Positions 10,961 to 24,794 of a stretch of 64,000 nucleotides of DNA are shown here, one piece after another. How positions within the stretch are numbered: position 1 is the first letter of the stretch; every line of letters begins with the position of its first letter. The DNA comes from Octopus sinensis (lineage: Eukaryota): assembly GCF_006345805.1 (NCBI RefSeq), contig NC_042997.1, positions 168,888,001-168,952,000 of the forward strand, written 5' to 3'. The translations under genes and the position numbers were made by a program. The notes under the pieces are model-generated. The model was given only the letters and a program-made list of their open reading frames with translations. It was not told where the DNA came from and did not search any database.

Positions 10961-12296
10961 ACCGGAACAGTAACATCTAATTCCTACTGCGTTCGATAAA
11001 ATAGCAGTATTATACTAGGATTGATTCAATCGATTACAAGCCCTTCCCTGAAAATAGTATAACTTAACATAGACTTGGACTGACGTGTGGTAGAAGCAGT
11101 TGAGAAACAAATTAAATCTATGTGGTATTAGTTATGGTATTTAAACGTGTCTGATGTTGACTTGTCTTTTCATACTCCTGGGATCAATAGAATATATACC
11201 AATAACATATCACGATTGAGTTATTTGAATATACACATCCAGTTATCTATTCATCTTCTCTGCCAACTATTCCCGAGAGGGACGTGGGGTAGAGCCCTCA
11301 TAAACCTCCTCTATAGGGTCCTATCAGAAGCAACCATCATTACGCTTTCCGGCTACCGACCAACCTCCTCTCTTCGAAATCACTACCGCTGTGCCAAACT
11401 CAGAAATCATTCTATAAAGACCACAAATTCCCTTTTACTCAGTCAACTAAATTGATTTTGTATAAACTTGGTTCTTAACGATTCTGTCGAGATAGGAACT
11501 TCAAACTTAGTTCATCACCGCCTCAAGATATCTTACATAGCCCATATAATTTTTTTTTTCTGAAATATGTTCATTGTAGCTTCCAGTACAATCCTGCTAC
11601 ATATTTTAATGATTCTGACAGTATTTGAACTTAGTTTCATCCACAACCGCCTTCAGATATAGAAGTGTATATAAATTGAAATATGTTTAATCCAAGTTGT
11701 AGGCCACAATTTTGCATCCAGACTGCTGAAATTTTGCATGGGGACATATCTTTTCAAGAAAATCATAGCCTATGTAACTTTTTTCTAAAAAATATTCTTT
11801 TTAGTTTCCAAGCAGAAAAATTATCAATTAGTACAGTGTTTTGAAAAAAAAAGTATGTTTTCTCAGAAAATAAAAAATAAAAATATAAGAGAAAATTTCT
11901 ATTTTGGATTCTATATTTGTTTCTTTACTTTTTTCTGTGCATTCTATGAAACTCAACTTGAATCATTTTCCTGATATATTTTTATGCAACAATTCTGAGT
12001 GAATCAATATTTTCAGACAAACTGAAGATCGTCAACATATTTTTAAAGCAGAAATTTATCCAACTTAAAGATATTTTATGTGATTATATTTATTTTAGGT
12101 ATTAATAAAACTCAGGCAAGAAAACAAACAAAAACAGATACTACTGTTCAAACTTTGATATCGGTTTCATTTGACTTGGCACAATATCTATTGTTTATCT
12201 CCAGTTAAACCCTGATCATATGAATTTATAATCAGAAACTTTCTATTCATAACCATCCCGTCTTTTAAGGTTATATAGCAGTATATTATCTAATGA

Positions 12297-12448
12297 GTGG
12301 AAGCGCGTGGCTTAGTGGTTAGGCTGTCAGCACTATGATCGTAAGATTGTAGTTTCGATTCCTGGAACGGGCGACGCGTTGTGTTCTTGAGCAAAGCACT
12401 TCATTTCACGTTGCTCCAGTCTACTCAGCCGGCAAAAATGAGTAACAT
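12297..12448 (+). mobile_element. SINE family C (CORE-like), 5' part
   Basis: tRNA-like head plus TGTGTTCTTGAGCAAAGCACTT...CAGTCTACTCAGC..AAAAATGAGT, resembling the CORE domain. Confidence 0.8.
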
Positions 12449-12890
12449 TTTGTGTAAGTAGTTGAAAAGACAGACTGAAGGGACAGGTATCTCCAAACAT
12501 TACATATTAAGAAATATAAAGTTATTACCTTATTACCTTACCAATCTAGTAATGCGTCTATGTTCAATCATTAAGCTCTAATGAAATCATCATATTAATG
12601 AGATAATTATGAAATACTGCAGGACTGGGAAAAGAGCCGGACGATAAAAATTAACGTTCACTCAAAGCATGAAGACATTGTAACCATTTCAGAAGAGAAT
12701 TTATATTACAACTGAACGAAAATTACATCACTATTGAACAATAAAATATCATAATAGTGAAACAGCTGAAGAGGATAGTTGATCCATTGGATAAAAGAAA
12801 AGATAACTCAAAATAATAGTTGCGTAGAAGAAAAACAATATCAATTAATGACTAATATTGTTTTGATCATTTTGGCAAGTACGGCAGACA

Positions 12891-12934
12891 ACTACAGACA
12901 TGTTTCGGTCTTAATATGAGCTCATTAGACTAGT
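12891..12934 (-). ncRNA. Decayed hammerhead-like motif
   Basis: ACTAGT-CTAATGA-GCTCATATTAAGACC-GAA-ACATGT-C-TGTAGT; palindromic stem III intact, G5 mutated, stems I and II broken. Confidence 0.4.
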
Positions 12935-13309
12935 GACGCATACACTTCACCTTACTTTCTCAAGTATGTAGATAAATGTAGAAATATATAATTTTTTAGA
13001 GAACACATAAAAAAATATTAATCAGTGAAATAATGTTTTCGTAATTTTTTAATTATCTCTAATTTGCTTTTAAATCGTCACAATATTAAATATGTTAAGA
13101 TTAAACTAAACTGGTTGATTAAGATATTTGAACACTCTGATTAATGGCTAGACACGTACGTATATACATACACGCAGATGTGTATATGCGCGTGGGGATG
13201 TGTGTATTTAATGTCATAAGCAATCCATCGATAGTCGACCGATGACTGTCCATATAAAATAGTGTGAGTCATATTATAAGAGCTGAATCGATTTCTTTCA
13301 CTAGTTTCT

Positions 13310-13817
13310 GTCCTGAGTTGTTGTGGTCGTGCTGTGGGTATCGATCTCCAAGCTCTTCATTGAACATTTATTAATATCTTTAAAACTGAACCAGACCGTA
13401 CACTGATTTCCCGTACCACTATACAATTGTGAACAAAGTATTTGTCTGGCCAACCGTGTTTCTTCTATTCACTGAGCATAACCAAGCTAGGGAGATTTCA
13501 TTGTAGCAGCTTCTCTTTCTTATCCAGGAGCTTGGCTTTCTTTAGGATAAAGTCATTACTGACTCAGAATTTCCACGTGGTCTTTATATGTCTCTGGTGT
13601 CTTATCAGGAATACCGTCCATCTTCCTGGTCAGAGGAGACCTAGAAACAATAGTGGCTAAAGGGTGGTTCCACAGTCCTCAAAGCTCTGCAAGTCCCCAA
13701 CCACATCCCTACTATTGGATAAAGTTTAAAGTCATACCTAGAACTGATACACACACATATACATACATACATGCATACATACATACATACACATACATAC
13801 ATACATACATACATACA

Positions 13818-13850
<33 letters not shown>

Positions 13851-14412
13851 GATGGCCGTCCACTCGTGACCGAGGAAGACCATTGCCGACCTTGAGGAAC
13901 ATTGTGCGCTCTAGGACTAACTTATATTTTGCATTTGCGGCTCCGTTGGTGGCTAATGAGCCCTGCTCTTGACAAGCATACACGACTGCAAACATTGCAG
14001 ACCAAGCTTTCCCCATTCACATACATACATACATACATACATACATACATACATACATACATACATAATACATACATACATACAAACATACATACATACA
14101 TACATACATTCATACATACATACATACATACATACATACATACATACATACATACATACATTCATCCATCTACCTATCCATCCAGCCATCCAGCCATACA
14201 TACATACATACATGCATACATTCATCTGTCCATCTATCCATCCATCTATCCATACATACATACATACATACATACATACATACATACATACATACATACA
14301 TACATACATACATACATACATGCATGCATACATGTATACATTCATACATACATACATATATGCATGCATACATACATACATACATACATACATACATACA
14401 TACATACATACA

Positions 14413-14443
<31 letters not shown>

Positions 14444-14610
14444 CTGCAGGTCTTCCGAATGCCGAACTACGCTTTCTTAATCTACTGTCTAGTTTATCAT
14501 TAAGTCTACCATCGTTACTGATAACACCGCACATGAAATCGTCAGCATCACCAATGACATACTTCTGTCTTATTTCCACAGTTTCTTGTGGAATATCTCC
14601 GGACTGATCC
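13310..14610 (-). mobile_element. Old RTE ORF fragment split by a microsatellite-flanked insert
   Basis: DDFMCGVISNDGRL..RLRKRSSAFGR (14445-14600) resumes as HQRHIKTTWKF*VSNDFILKKA and RIEETRLARQILCSQL..FKDINKCSMK (13310-13640). Confidence 0.7.
13848..14022 (-). mobile_element. RTE 3' terminus (C2H2-like finger plus 3' UTR) between (TACA)n tracts
   Basis: CNVCSRVCLSRAGLISHQRSRKC* then GTCTTCCTCGGTCACGAGTGGACGGCCATCAT and (ATGT)n tail. Confidence 0.8.
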
Positions 14611-14820
14611 AGGAGAGGGATTCTTTATTTTATTGAACTTCATTTTTACCTCGCTAAGTCAAGTACCGGGAGATGTTAATACCACACAATCCGTAATTCT
14701 GCTCCTCGGTGGATGCGAGAATGAAGGCGCAAACAAAGCTTCAGACTGAATGTATGCGTGAATGTCCGAGCGATTCATGAACAGAGATTATACATGAAAA
14801 ATATATACTATGTATATATG

Positions 14821-15540
14821 TATGGGGAGAGTTCACGAAAAAACACAAGACGAAGACAGATGGTGTAGACAACAAACAGATGTATTAGTATAACGCTCAC
14901 GAATTGAAAAAGTTTTTTTACGTTTCGAGCCTAAGCTCTTCTACAGAAAGGAACGCAGAAAAAAAAACAAGGAGAGAAACAAGGAAAAAAATGTGTGTAG
15001 TGGCTACCGATCTATCATGGCGACTGCCGGACAGAAGGGTCACACAGGAGAGCGAAGAAGTAGGGGAGTTAATAAAGTAAAGATGACCCCCAAAACGAAG
15101 ATGCGTGTGTGTATAAGAGAGTACGTATGTGCGTGTGAAAGAGGGTTGGTCGTCTTGACGTGTACGTATGTGTATGTGTAGGTGTGAAAATGTGGGGATG
15201 GGAATTGGTCAGTGCTGGTGTGTGGGTGGTGTGTTGTGATGTGATATGTAGTGTGGTATGGTGTAGCGTAGTGTGGTATGATGTGGTTGGGATGTGGGGA
15301 GGCGAGAGTGGGGAAAGCACGGGTGGGGTGGGGGTAAGGCTGAGGGTTGGGGTAGAGTTGGGGTATGTATATATGTATTTATGTCCTGAGTATGACTCTA
15401 AACTGCATCGGATAGTGGGCAGTGGTTCGGGAGTTCCAGAGTTTTGGGTTTTAGGGTTCCAGGATTTCAGGGTGTGGAATCCCCTCTTATTCACTATTGC
15501 TCTCATGTCTACTCCCATCTGAAGTCGTAGTATCTGTCAG
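14821..15540 (-). mobile_element. PLE-terminal-like repeat TR1, copy 2 (longest), hammerhead-like motif at about 14915-14951
   Basis: Homology to copies 1 and 3 over 14821-15060; CTGTAGA-A-GAGC-TTAG-GCTC-GAAAC-GT-A. Extension to 15540 is tentative. Confidence 0.55.
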
Positions 15541-16601
15541 GGCCTCAGCTATGAGCTAATTAGCATATGTGATGGGAATCTAGCTGAGTTTGAGGGCGCA
15601 GAAATATCCTGGTTTCGTGTTAGAGCACCGCAGCAAAAACCAGTAGTAAATGTCCCCTAGCTATTGCTAAAACATCCTTTTAGAAAAGGAACCCTCTGGT
15701 GAAAAACTTGTGGTTTCAAGTGGTTACTGGTATCTTTGCTTTGGCCTGTCATTCGGTTCTAATCACGGAGACTCAGGAGTGGTACTCGTGTTGTACAAGC
15801 TTTTATTACTATAATCCAACGATGTATTGACCTCATTTGTCATTCCGTCTACTGAAAGTCCAATGGCGATGGAAGAATAGCACCGTGTGCTGACCTAATC
15901 AGTAGGAAGCGCGCAGTAAGTTACAACTTTCGTCTGTCACTTAAGCTTCAAATTATGCAGTGGGACTGAACAGAAATGCCATTGAAATGCCAATCTGCAG
16001 TGGGATTGAACAGAAATGCCGCCATTGACAACAAGAATTCACAAGGAGATGGCAATCATCTGTGAAGATGGAGCATATGTACATTTATGGACATACTGTA
16101 GAAATGTGTTTGCCGACTGGCGTGTGTTTCATGAAAGTACGCTAATCAGCCGGAGTGTACACGCGAACGTGTGCTGAGGACGATTGCACGCGAGGAGGAA
16201 ATGGTAAACACGTGAGGAGGCGTGAAAACTCAAGCATGCAAAGTATATTCGAAGGGACACACTGATGAGGTGATAAACATGCATTTAATTATTTCTCTAT
16301 TCATTAATTATATATTTATTATTCACTTTATTTATTTATTTATTCATTTATTCATTTTGTAAGTGTTTATTATCCACTATTTGTACATGCAGAGAGCATG
16401 GGCTTCGCTTATGTAATTATGCTCACACACGTATACTAAGTGATGGGGACGGTATGTTGATGAGTACATGGACAAGAATGTGTATGCACAAACGAACCAA
16501 ATAGATTAGTTATAAGTTCGCATGTTGTGATACCAATTTCAACTGTAAAACTACAAACTCGAATGTAAGTTATCTCTATTTTAATTCTAATTATTAATTT
16601 A

Positions 16602-16994
16602 AACTAGAGTATCGCCCGGCGTTGCTCGGGTTTGTTTCGACCCTTTAGAATTGGAATTTTTGAAAAGTAAAAATTTTGCATTATGTAGCTTGTTATTCTC
16701 TTTATTGAACATTTTTCTGGTTGAAATACACCGAAAAATGGCAACACAGCAGTCAAAAAATCGTAAAAAATAGGGATTTTCATAGAAAAAAAGCACCTTT
16801 TTGATGTAAATAATTTTTGGTCTTAACATGATCCGATTTGAATTTTTTCTTCTACGGAAGGGAGAGCAAGCCTTCTTCTATCCTACTCTCATTTTTGGTC
16901 AACTTGTGCTGCAGGGTCTCGGAGGAGATAGTGTTAGTTGAAGGCTACCAAACCTGACATACACAGACAACTTAAGCCTTATATAAAGAGAGAT
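16602..16994 (+). mobile_element. Helentron-associated non-autonomous element
   Basis: Starts AACTAGAGTATCGCCCGGCGTTGCTCGGG (hairpin), ends CTTATATAAAGAGAGAT, sits between T residues. Confidence 0.6.
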
Positions 16995-17223
16995 TAGTTT
17001 AAATTTTTAGTTCTAATGTCGAAGTTATCCTTTGTTCTGAATTAATGTCACTACAACGCAAGATTTCTACCAATCATTCCGAAGAGTATATTCTGCCCAG
17101 TATATACTGCTTGCTTTTTGTATGTTTCTCATCAAAATGGTTAACTGAAGATTCAAGTGTATATTATGCTGGATAAAATTGACAGTGTTCGCCAGACCGA
17201 ATTACAAATATAATATATATATA

Positions 17224-17265
<42 letters not shown>

Positions 17266-17303
17266 ATAAATATTAGGGAATAAATCTCGAATTATAAATT
17301 ATA

Positions 17304-17374
<71 letters not shown>

Positions 17375-17635
17375 TACACACACACTATTATTATTGTTGT
17401 TATTGTTGTTCTTGTCATTATCATTATTATTATTAGTAAAGATTTATTTTAGGACCTTTACTCCGAGTTTCACATTAGCGGTTATTCAAACGTTTGAATA
17501 ATCAGTGACATTATCAGAGTGGCGATCCAAGAAACTTCATCCACGAATAAAATATACGGACATTGGTTATATAAGCACTTGTATAGCAAGCTTTCATGTC
17601 CCTATAACCTAATGATTCGACAAATATTCTTTTAT

Positions 17636-17977
17636 TATTTTACTTGCTTCAGTCATTGGACTGCGGCCATGCTGGAGCACCGCCTTGGAGGGTTTTAGCC
17701 GAACATATCCACCCCAGGACTTATTCTTTGTAAATCGAGTACTTATTCTATCCGTGTCTTGCCGAACCGCTAAGTTACAGGGACGTAAACACACCAACAT
17801 TGGTGTCAAGCGATGGTGGAGGGGGGAACACAGGGTTCTTTCAGTTTCCGTCTACTAAATCCACTCACAACACTTTGGTCGGCCCAAGGCAATAGTAGAT
17901 GGCACTTGCCCGTGGGACTGAACCCGGAACCATGATTTTGGGAAGCAAGCTACTTACCACACAGCCACACTTGCGCC
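17636..17977 (-). mobile_element. SINE family A lacking the central microsatellite
   Basis: Collinear with other A copies, with internal deletions. Confidence 0.85.
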
Positions 17978-18989
17978 TACAGTTTGAAATAAGTCTTATG
18001 GTTTGTTCGACCGGCTAAAACCTATATATGGTCACTTGATCCGTTATATATATATATGGTCGCTCGACCCGTTAGAAATAGCAACCATCTTACCCTTTAA
18101 AAACAGGACACGTTAGTTAATACGGGTTTAGATATATTGATAGACAGAAAAGTATTGGATGGTCGCGGTTGGAATAACTTCAATAAAGGTAAACAATAGC
18201 AATAAACGTTAACAATTGTTGTTGTCATTTCGTCCCAATTCAGCCATGATCAGATTTACGATTAAAAGTATTTCAACTATGATCTTGTCATCTTTTCTCT
18301 TTCAAGCATAATGCAATATGCGGCTATATTATCCGATGTGCCATTCGTATTTCATAAAATACATTAAAATGTGATTTGACAGAAGATTTGGCTGCTATGT
18401 TTAGCAGGTCTCCACTGTTGGCGCAATGTTAACCATTAATATATCTTGATGTGTTTTATGGGAAATGCTGGAATTTTCACAACCATAACCTATGGGAACC
18501 AGACCAAAAAATATTGTATCTTAATTGTTTATCTCTGTAAAGTATTGAATGAACACTCTGTCTATAACAATTAAATTAATTACATCAAGTGATAATGGTC
18601 CGAATGAAATTACGGATGCATCGAGAAAATTATAATTGTCGTTAATGTTCGGGTCCCTTTCCGGCTTCCGCCACATCACCACTAAAATATAAATAATACA
18701 TTCGATGTAACACGGATCATTAACCTTTATTTTACGACTTATGGCAATAAGTGTATCCGAATATATTTGAAAAAATATTAACTAAGCCTTTCTTTGAGTT
18801 GTAAATTACTCGACTCGATAGAAAATAGTAACTATTTTCCCTTAAATAGTAACTAATTTCCTTTAAATCTCACATTTGTCAATGCAATCGTGAATACTCC
18901 TTAAATAGACTGGATGATCCTCGGTGGAATCCCTTCAATCATCGTCCTGCTCAGTCAGGGCTGACAAGGGATTAAACAACAAATAATAT

Positions 18990-20306
18990 TGGTTTCAAAT
19001 TTTGACACAAGGCCAGTAAGTTCGAGGAGGAGCTAAGTGGATTACGCGCACAAATGGTACTTATTTTATCGATCTCGGCGGAACTTGAACTCAGAGCATA
19101 AAGACAGACGAAAAGCCGCTAAGTATTTTGCTCAGCGCGGTAACGATTCTGCTAACTCGCCGCCTTAACTGCTATAATAATATTGATCTCGAAATTTGGC
19201 ACAAGGCCAGCAAGTTCAGTGGAGTGAGCAAGTTGATTATATAGACCCTAGTGTTCAAGTGGTACTCATTTTATCGATCCCTAAATGATGAAAGGTAAAG
19301 TCCACCTCGGCGGAATTTGAACTCAGAACGTAAAGGCGGACGAAAGCTACTATAATAATTATCAAAAGTTAATCAACCGTTCAACCCTTTAGCATTGATT
19401 TCTAAAAAAAGGGATAAAGACAGGTATTTAGAGAGAGAGAGGGGGAGAAGAAGGCGAAAGAAAACTTAATTAAATCGGTCCCTGTACTCGTCTGGTATTT
19501 TAGTTTATCGCTCTCGGAAGGATAAAAGGCAAAGTTGACCCCTTGGCAACATTATAACTCAGAACTTAAAGTGTCGCAACAAAATATCGCATATTTAACT
19601 ACGAATAAATATTATGTCGGACATTCTTAACGATTCTGCGAATCCATCGCCCCCAGACTTTTAATATTGCTTTTTTTTTTCTTTTTGTGACACAAGACCT
19701 GCAAGCTCGGGGTGGAGGTAAGTCGACCTCATTGATTCCAGTGTTCAATTGGTACTTATTTCTTATTTTATCGACCCCATAAAATGAAAGGTAAAGTTGA
19801 CCTCAGTGGAATTTGAAGTCAGAACGTGAAGACGAATGAAATGCCACTGAGTAATTCGCCCAGCCTGCTAACGACTCTGCCAGCTCGCCGCCTTCTTCAA
19901 ACTTTTAATATTCCTTTCTACTAAAGGCACAAGGCCTGAAATTTGGTGGGAGGGGACTAGTCGACTACATCAACCCCAGTGTTTCACTGGTACTTAATTT
20001 ATCTACCCCGATAAGATGAAAAGCAAAATCGACCTCGGCGGAATTTGAACCCAGAACGTAAAGACAGACGAAATACCTATTTCTTTACTACCCACAAGGA
20101 GCTAAACACAGAGGGGACAAACAAGGACAGATAAACGGATTAAGTCAATTATATCGACCCCAGTGCGTAACTGGTACCTAATTTATCGACCCCGAAAGGA
20201 TAAAAGGTAAAGTCGACCTCGGCGGAATTTGAACTCAGAGCGTAACGGCAGACAAAATACGGCTGCGCATTTCGCCCGGAGTGCTAACGTTGCTGCCAGC
20301 TCGCCG
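18990..20306 (-). mobile_element. Cluster of about 6-7 co-oriented SINE-B copies ending in a B1+B2 composite (19905-20306)
   Basis: Repeated GGCACAAGGCC...CTGGTACTT...GACCTCGGCGGAATTTGAACTCAGAAC...GCTCGCCGCC units. Confidence 0.85.
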
Positions 20307-21084
20307 CCTTTGAATTTTCTAATATTGATGACGGTTTTGTTAGCTTGGGGCTGGAAAATGGAACGGGAAATTACATCACTTGAATCATTTAAGAATTGGA
20401 TCTTCAACATCACCCCTAGAACCAAGATGACTTGCGAAATTAGACATTAGTCCTGCAGAATTATTTTCAAATTTTCTTTCTTGTCAAATATTTTCCATTC
20501 AATTTCATTTATAACGTATGCCATCTTTTGAAAATTTTCTCTTTTTGTCAAGTGGCACGATGATGACTTTTCATCAAAGAGTGCATAAGTTCGTGTTTCA
20601 TATCAGATTCTGCGCTATTACTTTTTCTTCAGAAACTCTTCCTTTTTGACGACCGACATAAAATTTTATGGAAATTCTCAGACAAGACAACTGGAAACCA
20701 GGCACGAGAACTTTTCTTCAATTTCAATTAAAAAAATCCTGGTCAAGACTGATACTTGGAACGTGCTCACATTCAACCAATGTCCGTGTGTAGGAGGTAT
20801 ATATTTTCCTGAATGGATTGCTGGTCGTTATTGTTGTTTAGCTCCAGGTCGGGTTTAGAAGACCTATGAAGACAGGCTTTGCATCATTTAGTATATTGCA
20901 TATCAAAGAGTACATTGTCCAATGTTTCCTTCTTTTAAATCAGTAAAGTAGAATTTGAAGGAGATTTAGCTATTTCTAACAGGTTGCATAAATCCCATAC
21001 ACACTGCTTCATTGGTTGTAGTGGTTGTTGTTGTTGTTGTTGTTGTTGTAGCTGGTGCTACTGTTGCTGTTGCTGTTGAGCGAA

Positions 21085-21432
21085 CGGTCTTCGTCCCAGA
21101 GTTCGCAAGATGGGAGAAGTCCGAAACGTGGTCCTTCGCTATTCATAAGACCCGCAGAAGAGAAAGCAGGTCAACTCCCGACACCGAGAGCATCGATGGA
21201 TGAATGCGCATCCCGGCTCAGCGGTTGCGTAGGAAGTCGGGGACAAGAAACGGGAAGAAAGAATGAGAGAAAGTTGGAGCGAAAGAGTACAACAGGGGTC
21301 GCCACCACCCCCTGCCGGAGACTCGTGGAGCTTTAGGTGTCTTCGCTCAATAAACACACACAACGCCCGGTCTGGGAATCGAAACGGCGATCCTCCGACC
21401 GCGAGTCCACTGCCCTAACCATTTGGCCATGC
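21085..21432 (-). mobile_element. SINE-C-related element with a different body
   Basis: Minus-strand head TGGCCAAATGGTTAGGGCAGTGGACTCGCGG...TTTCGATTCCC and TTGAGCGAAGACACCT; flanked by (GTT/GCT)n. Confidence 0.7.
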
Positions 21433-21756
21433 TGTTGCTGCTGCCGCTGCCGCTGTTGTTGTTGTTGTTGACAGAGCAGATTTATGGTAGAAATCATTCC
21501 AGACACGACCATCTTGTCTCTGTACATACATGATTACATTGTCTAGTGTAGTATTTTCTTAATTGGTTTGGTTTGGCGAAGGGTTGTTTCCACAGTCTCC
21601 GAGGCAGGTGACATTGGCGTGGTTCATATTTTTAGAAGACAGAATGTAGTTTTGAAGGAGATTTGCCAGCTATATCTAGCAGGTCGAAAGGCTCATATGC
21701 GTAGAAATTCCCTCATTGTTTCGTGAAGTACAGAGAACGGTAAGTCGCAAATGCTT

Positions 21757-21989
21757 AAGGCGGCGAGCTGGCAGAATCGTTAGCACGCCGGGCGAAATGC
21801 TTAGTGGTATTTCGTCTGCCGCTACTTTCTGAGTTCAAATTCCGCCGAGGTCGACTTTGCCTTTCATCCTTTCGGGGTCGATAAATTAGGTACCAGTAAC
21901 GCACTGGGGTCGATATAATCGACTTAATCCGTTTGTCTGTCCTTGTTTGTCCCCTCTGTGTGTAGCCCCTTGTGGGTAGTAAAGAAATA
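21757..21989 (+). mobile_element. SINE-B1 with 18-bp TSD
   Basis: GGTAAGTCGCAAATGCTT at 21739-21756 and 21990-22007. Confidence 0.95.
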
Positions 21990-22200
21990 GGTAAGTCGCA
22001 AATGCTTTGTAAAAAAAATGTACCAGTCTTAGGGAGAAGACATTTTAAAACTTGTCTTTAAAACGTAACGAAGGCTGAGGGTGCAATATATTTTCAAGCA
22101 TCTACCAACCAAAAATAAGGTCTCCTGATCCAAGGGGACGACACAAAGGTTTAACAACAGCAACATTTAGCTATTCTTTATTTTAATATACACATTTGGA

Positions 22201-22365
22201 CGTTCTGAGTTCAAATTCCGCCGAGGTCGACTTTGCCTTTTATCCTTTTGGGGTCGATAATTTAAGTACCAGTTATGCACTGGGGTCGATATAATCGACT
22301 TAATCCGTTTGTCTGTCCTTGTTTGTCCCCTCTTTGTTTAGCCCCTTGTGGGTAGTAAAGAAATA
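22201..22365 (+). mobile_element. 5'-truncated SINE-B1 with 15-bp TSD
   Basis: ATATACACATTTGGA at 22186-22200 and 22369-22383. Confidence 0.93.
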
Positions 22366-23399
22366 TTCATATACACATTTGGAATAGCCTTAGATTAAAA
22401 TATCTGTGTTCAACATTTATAATATCTATAAAAACATGGGACGATACTAACTCTAACATTTTTCTCAGAAACTTTTCACAGAGATTTGAATGTTAAAAAC
22501 ACAGGGCTTCAGTCAGAACGCTGGTGGATCATCAGACATAGCGTTTTGATATGATTTGCGCCCCTCAGTGACGAATATCTACCTTGATCGTTCTGAGGCG
22601 ACCAAATCAGATCAAAACAGCATTTGCATACACATTATAAATATCATAGATACCAGTATTTTATTGTTTATCCATAATTTACAATTTTATATTTATGGTC
22701 TTTGTTTTTATCTCTTGCTATATACAAGAGGTATTATATACCTTTCTCAGTCTATCGTGGTTTACCAGCTTAAAATGATTAAATAAATAAATATCCATTT
22801 TGGTATTCTTCGTCAGATTGGTTGATGGAATGTAATTTATAAAGCGACAAAAGGAAGCTGAATTATTGGCGCATACCAGAGGGAATTTGATGAGGTGAGT
22901 TATTTGGACAAAGTTGCCGTCAGGAACAGATAAGGCCAGTAAAGAGAGTGGATCAAGTAATTAAATCGTAAATAATTCATAGTGAGGTAATTCCACTACG
23001 ATGTTTACATGCCGCAATTTCTTAAAAGCTTTGGTAATACTGAGTGTAATAGAATTGGTTTCTGCATGGTTTTATGAAGCTAATGACCATTCCCAAAGTA
23101 TGTTCGAATTTTCGAATCCATTCTGATGAAAAGTGAAGAGAGAACTTGAGGATGCTATAAACGATGTTATAAATAATGCCTTCCATTAGCCTAGATTTGT
23201 GGGAAAAGGACAGGAGTAAGATGGGTCAACGAACTGTTGCCTGCTTTGACGTCTGCGACTAGTTTGCTCACTGTGTGTGTACGTGTGTGTGTGTGTGTGT
23301 GTTTGCGTGAATGCGCATGTGTGTGTCAGTGTGTGTTTGTGCGTACGCGTGCGTGTGTAAAGAAGTGACAGAGAGAAAGAAGGTGGGACAGACTGACAA

Positions 23400-23430
<31 letters not shown>

Positions 23431-23714
23431 TAACTAGTACAAAAATTGACTTTATAACACATTTTTTAACGGTATAGAAGAATAATAGCGTGTAGACTAT
23501 TGGGTAAAAGAAAAAAAAACTGTGGATGGGAGAAAGTCGAAGGCAGCCTGTCAGATTCGAACCCCAGACTTTTTACCCACTGAGGAGTTTTGGGTCTTTC
23601 TGTTTGGCTGCACTTTTTGAAGTTTTTCAAATTTGTTGTATTGATGTAATTCTCTACGTTGAATCTCGGGTCTAAATTCACTTGTTCCAGAAAATATTTA
23701 AAACGAAAGTTACA

Positions 23715-24155
23715 GGCGCAGGCTTGGTTGTGTGGTAAGAAGCTTGTTTCGCAACCATATGGTTCCGGGTTCAGTCCCACTGCGTGACACCTTTGACAAG
23801 TGTCTTCTACTATAGTCTCAGGTCGACCTAAGCCTTGTGAGTGGATTTAGTAGACGGAAACTGAAAGAAGCTCGTTGTATAAATATATATTTATATATGT
23901 GTGTGTGTTTGTGTGTATGTGTGTGTGTGTGTTTGTGTCTGTGTTTGTCCCCAATCACCGTTTGAAAACCGGTGTAGGTGTGTTTGTGTCCTCGTAACTT
24001 AGCGGTTCTGCAAAAGAGAACGATAGAATAAGTACCATTTCTTCAAAAGAAAAAAGTAGTACTGGAGTCGATTCATTCGACTAAAAATCCAAGGCTGTGC
24101 CCCAGCATAGCCGCAGTCTAGTAACTGAAACAAATAAAAGATGAAAGATAAAAGA
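23715..24155 (+). mobile_element. SINE family A
   Basis: Full head-to-tail match to family A. Confidence 0.88.
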
Positions 24156-24794
24156 GGCTTAGAGTTTGATAAATTTTATCCAGTCAAAAAACAGGATTTG
24201 GAAGCTGTCATTTTGTGCGTGACGATAGCACGTGTTTTAATATGAAACTGTAAACAAATGAAATATTGACGGAATTCTGCTTCACGCACGCCATAAAACC
24301 GCTCATAATTAAAAAAATTTTTTTTTGAATTTTCAGAAAATTTTTGCGAATTTGTATTCTACACGCAGAAATTCATACGATTATGCAAAAAAAAAAAATT
24401 CTGCGCGATTTAAGGCCTATTTAGCTGTTATTTTTTTTAACACATCTCACGACCACCTCATACCTCATGTAATTTTTAGCATTTGATAAGCGAAAACTTA
24501 CCCCATAAAGAAAACGACTAAACACATATTTTGTAGTTTTAAGCATTCAATAAACATCAAAGTTATCAAAATATTTATCAAAGCACAAACTGTAGTTCAG
24601 TTCGAAAAAAAGAGTAAACAGCACATTACAAATGAAATATGAAAATATCAAACTTATCAAAATATCAAACTTAAACAAAATATTTATCAAAAAACACAAT
24701 CACTATGTAGTCCGGTTCATGACAAACAAAAGTTTGCAATGCACTCAAATAACTGTTTAAACCATATTCATATCTCCTGCACCGGGTGCCATGT

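Noticed and set aside
21100-21135. AAGATG-GGA-GAAG-TCC-GAAACGT hammerhead-like string
   Set aside because: Core lacks CUGA, G at position 17, no stem I.
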